From Clostridia bacterium (GTDB taxonomy: Bacteria > Bacillota > Clostridia > Christensenellales > Borkfalkiaceae): DNA of 32,162 nucleotides. This document shows positions 1-8,782 of this stretch, piece by piece; positions within the stretch are counted from its first letter, which is position 1, and the number at the start of each line of letters is the position of its first letter. The notes below the pieces were generated by a model. That model saw only the letters and a program-made list of their open reading frames with translations. It had not been told where the DNA came from and searched no databases. The stretch spans positions 1-32,162 of the forward strand of contig JAGCMG010000151.1 of NCBI GenBank assembly GCA_017646555.1, read 5' to 3'. A program made the translations under genes and the position numbers.

Positions 1-253
1 GCTTATGCACGGTCTTACTAAATCTATCGCACAATACGGCGCTAAATACGGTGTTCGTTGCGTATGCGTTTCACCTGGGCCGGTGTTAACCCGCGCTAAT
101 ATGGCTGGTATGAAAACGCTTATGGGTAGAGCGGCAGACCCGCAGGAAATAGTAGATTTATGTTTATTTATAGCGTCTGATAAAGGGCAATTCATAAACG
201 GCGAAAATATTTTAATCGACGGCGGTAGAAACGCTATGGAAAGGGAAAAGTAA
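1..253 (+). CDS. short-chain dehydrogenase/reductase (SDR), C-terminal fragment; the 5' end lies outside the window
   Basis: Frame of ORF 5..253 is open to the window edge. SDR-type C-terminus (VSPGPV...INGENILIDGG). Stop TAA at 251-253. Confidence 0.7.
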   Translation, partial: LMHGLTKSIAQYGAKYGVRCVCVSPGPVLTRANMAGMKTLMGRAADPQEIVDLCLFIASDKGQFINGENILIDGGRNAMEREK

Positions 254-254
254 A

Positions 255-986
255 ATGGAAAATAAAGTAGCAATCGTAACGGGCGCATCAGTAGGTATAG
301 GTAGGGCAACGGCACTAAAAATGGCGCAAAACAAAGCAAAGCTAGTTTTAGTTGACGTAAATGAAGAAAAACTTAAAGAAGTAGAAAAAGAAGTAACGGC
401 TTTAGGTGCTCAATGCTTGTCTATCACTTTAGACGTATCTAACGAAAAGCAAGTGTATTCGGCAGTTGAAAAAGTAATAGAAAAATTCGGCAGGGTAGAT
501 ATCTTAGTAAACAACGCTGCATTATGGCGCAATTTTGAACCGTTTATTGAAATCCCGTTTGAAAAGTGGGAAAAGTTTTTACAAATCAACGTAATGGGCG
601 TGGTTTATTTTACTAAAGCCGTGCTTAAAGGTATGATTGAAAACGGCTATGGCAGAATAGTAAACGTAGCGTCGGTAGCAGGCGTATACGGTAACGCAAA
701 TATGAGTATGTATTCGGCAACCAAGGGCGCGGTAATTTCGTTTACAAAATCGCTCGCAAAAGAAGTGGCAGGTAGCGGTGTCATAGTTAACGCCGTTTCC
801 CCAGGTACAGTTAGCCCGTCCGATAATTTGGACACCGATTATTATGAAGAAACCGACCGTTGCTATCGTGGTAGAACGGGTACGGCAATGGAAAACGCCG
901 ACCTAATTTGTTTCTTATCAAGTGAAAAGAACGGGTACGTGGTAGGGCAAAACATACAAATTGACGGTAGCCGAAGAATGGTGTAA
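255..986 (+). CDS. SDR family oxidoreductase (FabG-like, 243 aa)
   Basis: N-terminal TGASVGIG Rossmann motif, NNAA, and YSATKGA (YxxxK catalytic motif). The ATG lies 1 nt after the upstream stop. Confidence 0.85.
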   Translation: MENKVAIVTGASVGIGRATALKMAQNKAKLVLVDVNEEKLKEVEKEVTALGAQCLSITLDVSNEKQVYSAVEKVIEKFGRVDILVNNAALWRNFEPFIEIPFEKWEKFLQINVMGVVYFTKAVLKGMIENGYGRIVNVASVAGVYGNANMSMYSATKGAVISFTKSLAKEVAGSGVIVNAVSPGTVSPSDNLDTDYYEETDRCYRGRTGTAMENADLICFLSSEKNGYVVGQNIQIDGSRRMV

Positions 987-988
987 TT

Positions 989-1747
989 ATGAAAAAGACA
1001 TTTTTAGTAGGCGCGCCTTTTGTAACGGAAATGGTGCAAGCGCCAACCGTTTTAGGTGCGGAATATAAAATAAGAAACGCAGTTGCTTTTGGCGCAACGG
1101 CAATCGGCTTACAACTACACGTTATGGATAGGGAAGTGTACGATAAGGAAACTTTAACTAACCTTTTATCTTGTGCGGAAGATAGGCCCGTATATATAAC
1201 CAACTACCGTGGTGATAAAAACCAAGGTAAATCCGACGAAACGTTGATGGAAGAGTTAATTAAAACGTTGGATTCGGGCGCAACTTTACTTGACGTAATG
1301 GGTGATACCTTCTGCCCGGCGGAAGACGAACTCACTATGGATGAAACGGCTATTAAAAAGCAAATGGAATTAATAAACCGTATTCATTCAAAAGGTGGGG
1401 AAGTTTTAATGTCTTCACACGTGCGTGTGTATAAAGAGCCTGAAACGGTATTAAAAATGGCGCTTGAACAACAACGCCGTGGGGCGGATATCGTTAAAAT
1501 CGTAACGGGTGCAAATTCTACGGAAGAAGAACTTAAAAACCTTGAAATTTGCAACCTATTAAAAAAAGAATTAAAAGTACCGTTCTTGTTTTTATCAAAC
1601 GGCACGCACAATTATTTGCATAGAACGATAGGCCCGTCTTTAGGGGTGTGTATGTGGTTGACTTTCAGCCAGTACGACGAAACCACCTATCTAGGTCCAC
1701 CATTATTAAGTAACGTGTTAAAAATAAAAAGCGGATTAAAAATTTAA
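989..1747 (+). CDS. type I 3-dehydroquinate dehydratase-like protein (divergent AroD fold)
   Basis: VLMSSH...GADIVKIVTGANS aligns by eye to the AroD SNH(His143) and IPKIA(Lys170) regions. The N-terminus is divergent. Confidence 0.6.
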   Translation: MKKTFLVGAPFVTEMVQAPTVLGAEYKIRNAVAFGATAIGLQLHVMDREVYDKETLTNLLSCAEDRPVYITNYRGDKNQGKSDETLMEELIKTLDSGATLLDVMGDTFCPAEDELTMDETAIKKQMELINRIHSKGGEVLMSSHVRVYKEPETVLKMALEQQRRGADIVKIVTGANSTEEELKNLEICNLLKKELKVPFLFLSNGTHNYLHRTIGPSLGVCMWLTFSQYDETTYLGPPLLSNVLKIKSGLKI

Positions 1748-1756
1748 GAGGAATAT

Positions 1757-2734
1757 ATGAAAGCGGTATTAATTAAGGAAGATAAAAGTTTATCGTATGA
1801 AGAAGTACCTAATCCTATTATAAAGGAAGGCGAAGTTTTAATAGAAGTTCACGCAAGTGCGTTAAATAGAGCGGATTTGCTTCAAAGGGAAGGTAATTAT
1901 CCACCCCCACCGGGCTGTCCTGAATGGCCGGGGCTTGAAGTAGCGGGCGTAATAAAGGAAGTAGCAAACGGCGTTACCGAATTTAAGGTAGGCGATAAAG
2001 TTTGCGCGTTACTTGGTGGTGGCGGTTATGCAGAATACGTTACCGTACCTGCGCAAATGGTTATGCCTATGCCAAAAGGCTTAAGTTTCGTTCAAGCATC
2101 CGCTATACCGGAAGTGTATATGACGGCGTACTTAAACTTATTTCACGTAGCCAATGCTAAAAAGGGCGAAACGTTGCTTGTAACGGCAGGCGGTAGTGGG
2201 TTAGCGTCGGCAATTATTCCTATGGCAAAAGCGTTTGGGTTAAGGGTAATAACTACCGTTCGTGGTAAGGAAAAGGCAAAGAAAATCGAATACCTTAATG
2301 CGGATTTAATTATTGAAACCACTTCCTGCGATTTAGCGGAAGAACTTAAAAAACAAGAAGAACAAGGACACCCCGTAGATATAGCAATTGACTGCTTGGG
2401 CGGTGCAGTTTTAGGCAAATGCTTAAAATACGTTGCAAGGGGTTGCAGATGGATACAAATTGCAACACTCGCTGGCGATATTTCCGAAGTGGATTTTAGA
2501 AATATCTTCGTTAAAAATATTCGCATTATAGGCAGTACTTTAAGGAGTAAAACGCCTGAAGAAAAGGGAAAACTCTTAAAAGAATTAACCGAAAAGTTAT
2601 GGCCTAAATTTGAAAGCGGAGAAATTGCACCGGAAATTTACAAAGTTTTACCAATAGAGCAAGCGGACGAAGCACAGCAAACTTTATACCGCGGTGAAAA
2701 TATCGGTAAAGTCGTAATGACGGTTAAAAACTAA
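1757..2734 (+). CDS. NAD(P)H:quinone oxidoreductase, MDR/zeta-crystallin (PIG3-type) family
   Basis: ALNRADLLQREGNYPPPPGCPEWPGLEVAG and the TAGGSGLASA nucleotide-binding motif. SD AAGAGGA lies upstream. Confidence 0.85.
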   Translation: MKAVLIKEDKSLSYEEVPNPIIKEGEVLIEVHASALNRADLLQREGNYPPPPGCPEWPGLEVAGVIKEVANGVTEFKVGDKVCALLGGGGYAEYVTVPAQMVMPMPKGLSFVQASAIPEVYMTAYLNLFHVANAKKGETLLVTAGGSGLASAIIPMAKAFGLRVITTVRGKEKAKKIEYLNADLIIETTSCDLAEELKKQEEQGHPVDIAIDCLGGAVLGKCLKYVARGCRWIQIATLAGDISEVDFRNIFVKNIRIIGSTLRSKTPEEKGKLLKELTEKLWPKFESGEIAPEIYKVLPIEQADEAQQTLYRGENIGKVVMTVKN

Positions 2735-2742
2735 AAAAAAAC

Positions 2743-2768
2743 AAAAAGCACCCACTTGGGTGCTTTTT
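2743..2768 (+). terminator. intrinsic terminator after the quinone oxidoreductase gene
   Basis: Stem AGCACCC/GGGTGCT with a 4-nt loop, followed by TTTTT. Confidence 0.85.
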
Positions 2769-2801
2769 ACGTATAACGGTGTTGTGAAAGTTAATCAAAA
2801 A

Positions 2802-2946
2802 AGATTGTTACGGCTACGCTTGCAATAGCAAAAGAGATACGTTCGGCTCGTTATATTGGCGATGTATAACAATGCGTGGTAAATAATAACTAGAATAAAC
2901 TACCGTTATACTGACCAAGCGTAGTGCGTGGAAGTATCTAAAATAA
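2802..2946. repeat. copy A of a paralogous structured non-coding element (candidate ncRNA)
   Basis: Starts AGATTGTTACGGCT and ends GGAAGTATCTAAAATAA, the same termini as copy B. A 9-bp closing helix CTACGCTTG(2814-2822)/CAAGCGTAG(2916-2924) and an internal GTTATA/TATAAC hairpin are present. Confidence 0.55.
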
Positions 2947-2990
2947 TAATGTTTTTTTAATATAATATAACTTCTTGCCAACAATATACA

Positions 2991-3029
2991 CTCCACCACC
3001 CACCACGCACCGCGTGGTGGGTGGTGGGG
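2991..3029. repeat. class I GC-rich perfect palindrome (16-18 bp stem, 3-nt loop)
   Basis: CCACCACCCACCACGC-acc-GCGTGGTGGGTGGTGG. It shares the 19-mer CCCACCACGCACCGCGTGG with 3365-3383. Confidence 0.9.
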
Positions 3030-3089
3030 AGAAAGATAAAAAATAAAGAGAGAACGGTGTAGGTAAAAGCGGGAATAAAAACAAAATAT

Positions 3090-3139
3090 TCCCCACCCCG
3101 CTGTACGGGGTGAGGGTGGAAAAGAGCCTTTTATAAAAC
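3090..3139. repeat. class II GC-rich hairpin plus conserved 3' flank
   Basis: CACCCCG-ctgta-CGGGGTG extended by CC/GG. The right arm plus flank, CGGGGTGAGGGTGGAAAAGAGCCTTTTATAAAAC, is homologous to 3296-3330. Confidence 0.8.
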
Positions 3140-3274
3140 AAAGAAAAATAGATGATAAATATACTAATCAAAAGCTACACCCCGCCACACAACGTAGGGT
3201 ATAAGAAAAAATAATTAAAATAAGAAAGAAAACAAAAATAAAAGAAAGAGAGTATAAAGATATAAACTGCTAAA

Positions 3275-3331
3275 CCCACTCTCACCTCCGCGTTGCGGGG
3301 TGAGAGTGGGGAAATGAGCTTTTATCAAAAT
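3275..3331. repeat. class II GC-rich hairpin plus conserved 3' flank (second copy)
   Basis: CCCACTCTCACC(t)CCGC-gtt-GCGGGGTGAGAGTGGG, a 16-bp stem with a 1-nt bulge. The flank is GGAAATGAGCTTTTATCAAAA. Confidence 0.85.
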
Positions 3332-3361
3332 ATAAAATTAGATAAGCAAAACGACGCTAAT

Positions 3362-3389
3362 CCCCCCACCACGCACCGCGTGGGGGGGG
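3362..3389. repeat. class I GC-rich palindrome (second copy, one bulge)
   Basis: CCCCCC(a)CCACGC-acc-GCGTGGGGGGGG, with the same core and loop as 2991-3029. Confidence 0.85.
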
Positions 3390-3485
3390 GTAAGAGAAAA
3401 AATATATTTGATTTAGTATGTGATATATGTGGTGTGTTATTTGGTAAAGAGTGTAAATAAAAAATTTATATTTAAATTTAAAAAG

Positions 3486-3603
3486 TAGATTGTTACGGCT
3501 CACTAGCGTTCGCTCACAATGACAAGGCGGTGTAAAGAAGGTAATAAAACAACTGTCATATTGAGCAAGGTCGTTTTGTGACCGCGGAACGTATCTAAAA
3601 ATA
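3486..3603. repeat. copy B of the paralogous structured non-coding element (candidate ncRNA)
   Basis: Starts AGATTGTTACGGCT and ends GGAACGTATCTAAAAATAA. Collinear internal similarity to copy A (CGTTCG.CTC, GGTAA.TAA.A.AAC, TGA.CAAG..CGT). Terminal helix TCAC/GTGA and internal ATGACA/TGTCAT stem. Confidence 0.55.
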
Positions 3604-3732
3604 ACCGCGTCATACAGACAAGGCAAAAGTAAGGCAATTATATAAAAAGAACAGTTTATTTAATATTCCATATGGCAAAAAATTGCTTTTTTGTAGTTAA
3701 GCAAAAAAAATTAAAAAAAGTATAACAAAATT

Positions 3733-3761
3733 CTTTACGCAATAAAAAAATAGTGGTAAAA
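3733..3761 (+). promoter_or_regulatory. putative sigma-A promoter of gdhA
   Basis: TTTACG, then a 17-nt spacer, then TAAAAT preceded by TGg (extended -10). It lies ~35 nt upstream of the SD GGAGG at 3784-3788. Confidence 0.5.
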
Positions 3762-3777
3762 TAGCAATAGAATTTAA

Positions 3778-5142
<1,365 letters not shown>

Positions 5143-5156
5143 AAACAATTTAAAAA

Positions 5157-5190
5157 ACAAAAAAGCAAGGGTACGTACCCTTGCTTTTTT
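5157..5190. terminator. bidirectional intrinsic terminator between convergent gdhA and the pncA-like gene
   Basis: Palindrome GCAAGGGTAC/GTACCCTTGC flanked by an A-run upstream and a T-run downstream. Confidence 0.85.
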
Positions 5191-5203
5191 ATATTTGTTA
5201 AAA

Positions 5204-5734
5204 TTATTTTACTATCATTTGGCAAGTTCTCATTGAAGATAGCGCCGTTTGTTTGCTTTCTTCACTAACGCCAGCCGTGGCGTTTTCTTCAATAATAATC
5301 GTTGTATCAGGCAAACTTGCTTTTATTAACATTGCGTTTGAAATGACGCAAATATCCGTGCAAAGCCCTATTAAAGTAACACTTTCGATTTTTTCAACTT
5401 CGTTAGCATTTTTTAGTAAAGTTGCTAACTTTTCACTACCGAAAGTTGGCTTATCTATCACGGCTGATTTAAGCGCGTAATATTTAAGTTCGTCAATAAT
5501 TTGATAGCCGAAAGTATCTTTTATACAATGTTTAATCGGTAAATTTTTGCCTTCTAACGTGTCAAGGTAATCTTCGTTATGCGTGTCGCGTGTAAAAATC
5601 ACCGTCTCTCCGTTTGAAAAAGCAAGTTTTACTCTATCTACAACGGCAGGAACAATATTTTTCGCCATTTCGCTACCGAGCGTGCCCGAAACGAAATCGT
5701 TTTGCATATCAACCACTATTAAAAAGTTTTGCAT
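5204..5734 (-). CDS. isochorismatase-family cysteine hydrolase, nicotinamidase/pyrazinamidase-like
   Basis: VVDMQNDF (catalytic Asp region), TRDTH, and LIGLCTDICV (catalytic Cys). Confidence 0.75.
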   Translation of the reverse strand: MQNFLIVVDMQNDFVSGTLGSEMAKNIVPAVVDRVKLAFSNGETVIFTRDTHNEDYLDTLEGKNLPIKHCIKDTFGYQIIDELKYYALKSAVIDKPTFGSEKLATLLKNANEVEKIESVTLIGLCTDICVISNAMLIKASLPDTTIIIEENATAGVSEESKQTALSSMRTCQMIVK

Positions 5735-5743
5735 AAAATCCTC

Positions 5744-6223
5744 CTATTTAGTCAAATCCACAAATTCGGCTTGTAAAAAATCTTTTAATTTTACGGGGTT
5801 TACAATAATTTGAACACCCCTAACGCCTGCGCTTATATAAATTTGTTCAAACAAAATAGCCGTTTCGTCAATAAAGGTCGGAAACTTTTTCTTCATACCG
5901 ATGGGCGAACACCCTCCACGAACATACCCAGTTAAGGGAAGAAGTTCTTTAACGGCTATAAGTTCAACGCGTTTTTCCTTGCTAACGGTAGCGCATTTTT
6001 TCAGGTCGAGTTCGTCGTTAACAGGTATAACGAATACTTTTATATCGCCTTTATCGGACTTTGTAACTAAAGTCTTAAACATAATTTCGGGCTCAATATT
6101 TAGCATTTTAGCAGCATGAACGCCCGACAAATCGCTTTCGTCAACTTCGTAAGAAGAAGTAGAGTATTCAATTTTAGCAACCTCAAGCGCGCGCATTGCG
6201 TTGGTTTTAGGTAATTTATTCAT
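5744..6223 (-). CDS. ybaK: Cys-tRNA(Pro)/Cys-tRNA(Cys) deacylase, YbaK/EbsC family
   Basis: 159 aa. Collinear by eye with E. coli YbaK (KTLV..., DLKK..., GY.RGGCSPIG.KKK.PT.ID, IY.SAG.RG). Confidence 0.85.
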   Translation of the reverse strand: MNKLPKTNAMRALEVAKIEYSTSSYEVDESDLSGVHAAKMLNIEPEIMFKTLVTKSDKGDIKVFVIPVNDELDLKKCATVSKEKRVELIAVKELLPLTGYVRGGCSPIGMKKKFPTFIDETAILFEQIYISAGVRGVQIIVNPVKLKDFLQAEFVDLTK

Positions 6224-6321
6224 ATTTGTATTTTATCAAAAAATCTTGAGATTTTCAAGTCAATATTGACATAAAAAAGGTAGTGTGTTATAATAATTGA
6301 GATAAAAAGGGGGAGAGTGTT

Positions 6322-7104
6322 ATGAAAAAAATCAGTTATAAAATTTATCCTAATCAAAAAACGACTTGCTTAACTTTTTCTTACGACGATGGCGAAACTA
6401 ACGATATACGCCTATCGGCATTACTTAAAAAGTATGGTTTTAAGGGGACGTTTAACTTAAATTCAAGCAATCTCGGCAAACCTAAATATATTACCGAAGA
6501 AGACGTAAAAAACTTGGTTAAAGACGGTTTCGAAATAGCCGTTCATAGTGTAACTCACCCGTTTTTAGAAACTTTGGCGATAGAACATATCACGGCAGAA
6601 GTTTTAGAAGATAAACGTGCGCTTGAAAGAATTACGGGCACTATTATAACGGGTATGGCGTATCCTTTCGGCACTTATGATGAACGCGTAAAAGAAGTGT
6701 TAAAAGCGTGTGGAATAAAATATGCAAGGACGGTTAAGTATAACGGATTTAATTTCCCAGCCGACTTTTTAGAGTGGCACGTAACTTGCCATCATAACGA
6801 TTTGGATAAGGTTTCAATAGATAACTTAAGGTACTCAAACATATTATACGTATGGGGGCATTCTTACGAATTTAGAACGGAAGAAGACTGGCAAAAGTTT
6901 GAAAACAACTTAAAACGCGTGCACGATAACGGAAGTTTTTGGTGTGCGACTAACGGTGAAATTTACGAATATATAACGGCGCAAAGAAATTTAATATTTA
7001 ATGCTGATTTAACGGCTGTATATAATCCGTCGGCAATAACTGTTTATATAATAGTTGACGGCACGGTAGTAGAACTCCCATCAGGGAAGACAGTTAGCAT
7101 TTAA
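6322..7104 (+). CDS. polysaccharide deacetylase (NodB-homology) family protein
   Basis: LTFSYDDGETNDIRL, FKGTFNL and AVHSVTHP motifs. SD GGGGGAG lies upstream. Confidence 0.75.
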   Translation: MKKISYKIYPNQKTTCLTFSYDDGETNDIRLSALLKKYGFKGTFNLNSSNLGKPKYITEEDVKNLVKDGFEIAVHSVTHPFLETLAIEHITAEVLEDKRALERITGTIITGMAYPFGTYDERVKEVLKACGIKYARTVKYNGFNFPADFLEWHVTCHHNDLDKVSIDNLRYSNILYVWGHSYEFRTEEDWQKFENNLKRVHDNGSFWCATNGEIYEYITAQRNLIFNADLTAVYNPSAITVYIIVDGTVVELPSGKTVSI

Positions 7105-7129
7105 TAGGAAAACTAAATAAATTTAAAAT

Positions 7130-7160
7130 AAAAAAGCAACCAAACGGTTGCTTTTATTTT
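7130..7160. terminator. intrinsic terminator between convergent genes
   Basis: GCAACC-aaac-GGTTGC flanked by A-run and T-run. Confidence 0.75.
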
Positions 7161-7163
7161 TCA

Positions 7164-7655
7164 TTAACCTGAAATGATGTGAGTAACTTCGCCTGCTTCT
7201 TGTTCCATATGGTAAGCAAGATAACTTCTCAATCTCTTTGGAAATTTGATTTTAGTAAGGTCAATATCCCAGTGGCCAATTACGTCAACGGTAACGGTGC
7301 CGTATTTTAAGATTCTTTGGAAGAAACTTTGGTGAATTTCAACTTGACGGATACCGATAAATACCGATTGTCTTTCGTGTCTTGCGAAAACACCTGATTT
7401 TTGAACTACTTTATCGTCATAAAATTCAACTTTATCACATTTAAGAACGATGATTTTGCAAATAACGATAATAAAATAGAGAGCAAGTACTGCTACTGCG
7501 CCGATAAGAGTATATGTATTGATTGCGCCTGTAATAATGATAGGAGCAACTGCTAAAGCAGCGGCTATAACTACCACGATTAAAGTCGGCCAAAATTTAA
7601 GTGCTGCCCAAGCGCTCTTTTTTGCTACGTAATTAGGTTTCATATTTTCCTCCAC
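7164..7655 (-). CDS. membrane protein with bacterial PH (YdbS/YdbT-like) domain
   Basis: Two N-terminal hydrophobic helices followed by a ~90 aa soluble domain. The family assignment is by architecture only. Confidence 0.5.
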   Translation of the reverse strand: MEENMKPNYVAKKSAWAALKFWPTLIVVVIAAALAVAPIIITGAINTYTLIGAVAVLALYFIIVICKIIVLKCDKVEFYDDKVVQKSGVFARHERQSVFIGIRQVEIHQSFFQRILKYGTVTVDVIGHWDIDLTKIKFPKRLRSYLAYHMEQEAGEVTHIISG

Positions 7656-7779
7656 AATGGAATATCTCTTGTATTATATACTACAAAAATAAATATGTCA
7701 ATGAAATTAGTTAATTTTTACGCTTTATTTTAATAAAATAAAGGAAATTTTAGGTAAAAATGTTGATTAAAAACTAATT

Positions 7780-8712
7780 TTACGCGTTTAGCAAGCCGTT
7801 TTTCGATAAAAATTCGTTTACAACTCGTTCGTATTTATCGGGCTCAGTTAAATAAGAAAGCGCGTGTCCGGCATCTTTAAATAAGCAAAGAGTAACTTTT
7901 TCGGGGTTAATTTGCGCTAATTTTTCACTCATTTTAACGGGAACAAACCCGTCCTTTTCGCCGTGGAAAATAAGAATAGGAATATCACATTTACTTATTT
8001 GCGTTAAAGGTGTAGGGGAAGAAAGATTAAATCTACCGAAAATTAAACCCGATAATTTAACCAAAAAATAGGTCGGATTAATCGGTAAGCGCATATTTTT
8101 AATAGTGTTTTTAATAACGTCTTCTGCGCTTGAAAAAGGACTATCTGCAATAATGGCTTTAACGTTTTTTGGCAAATTTTCGCCCGAAGCCATAAGTACC
8201 GTCGTTGCGCCCATTGATACGCCCGAAATTATGATTGGTACGGTTTCACCATACCGTTGTATAGCAAAATCGACCCATTTAAGCGCGTCAAAGCGTTCTT
8301 TAACGCCAAAAGTTATGGTATTTGAGCCACTTTCGCCGTGTGCACGTTGGTCGATTAAAATTACGTTATGCCCACTCTTTTTTGCTAAATAAAAGCCACC
8401 ACACATATCTCTAAAAGCACTGCCACGATAACCGTGGAAAAGTATTTGAACGGGTGCGTTTTTATAAAAATCGTAAACTTTCGCGTGTAGTTTGATTTTA
8501 TCGTGAGATAATATATAAACTTTTTCGCACGGTTCGTTTTTAATCTTTTCTGCAAGGTTTTTAGTTATTTCAATGCAGTCGTTAAAATGCGCTTCCTTAC
8601 TCATATCGTAAACTGCAAGTTTTTTAGAGCGCGCAAAAGTTTTAAGGTAAGAAAATAATAAAACGGCAAATATTAAAATGAAAACAGTTAATAAAATTAA
8701 AAAAATAATCAT
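7780..8712 (-). CDS. membrane-anchored alpha/beta-fold hydrolase
   Basis: N-terminal TM helix, HGYRGS oxyanion region, GVSMGA nucleophile elbow (GxSxG), and C-terminal D...GH. Confidence 0.8.
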   Translation of the reverse strand: MIIFLILLTVFILIFAVLLFSYLKTFARSKKLAVYDMSKEAHFNDCIEITKNLAEKIKNEPCEKVYILSHDKIKLHAKVYDFYKNAPVQILFHGYRGSAFRDMCGGFYLAKKSGHNVILIDQRAHGESGSNTITFGVKERFDALKWVDFAIQRYGETVPIIISGVSMGATTVLMASGENLPKNVKAIIADSPFSSAEDVIKNTIKNMRLPINPTYFLVKLSGLIFGRFNLSSPTPLTQISKCDIPILIFHGEKDGFVPVKMSEKLAQINPEKVTLCLFKDAGHALSYLTEPDKYERVVNEFLSKNGLLNA

Positions 8713-8782
8713 TGTAAATCCTTAATAAAAATTTTGCCTTTAAGTAAAAAGATTATACTATAAATCTATTAAAATTTCAATC

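Noticed and set aside
2802-2815. The TTAC within the conserved 5' motif as an IS200/IS605 (IS608-type) target, implying the A and B elements are PATE-like mobile elements
   Set aside because: The sequence upstream of TTAC (AGATTG) is also conserved between the copies, which independent insertions would not produce. No tnpA, tnpB or omega-RNA-like features are present, and the interiors are too diverged. It is kept only as a remote alternative in the main finding.
2991-3389. The hairpin array could be a CRISPR array
   Set aside because: The palindromes fall into two different sequence classes. Spacing is irregular (about 100, 185 and 87 nt). The 'spacers' are low-complexity A/G tracts. No cas genes are present.
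3314-3460. Plus-strand 48-codon ORF (MSFYQNIKLDKQNDANPPTTHRVGGGKRKNIFDLVCDICGVLFGKECK) with a CxxC motif
   Set aside because: The only G-rich stretch upstream ends 2 nt from the ATG, which is too close for an SD. The ORF also runs straight through the class I palindrome. It is most likely fortuitous, though ribosome profiling could revisit this.
2814-3626. Minus-strand track ORFs 2814-2999 (61 aa), 2938-3171 (77 aa) and 3357-3626 (89 aa) as genes
   Set aside because: They read through GC palindromes (giving PPPTTRCVVGGG-type strings) and homopyrimidine tracts. They lack SD sequences. The two ORFs that overlap the paralogous elements are in different frames, so the shared DNA is not conserved as protein.
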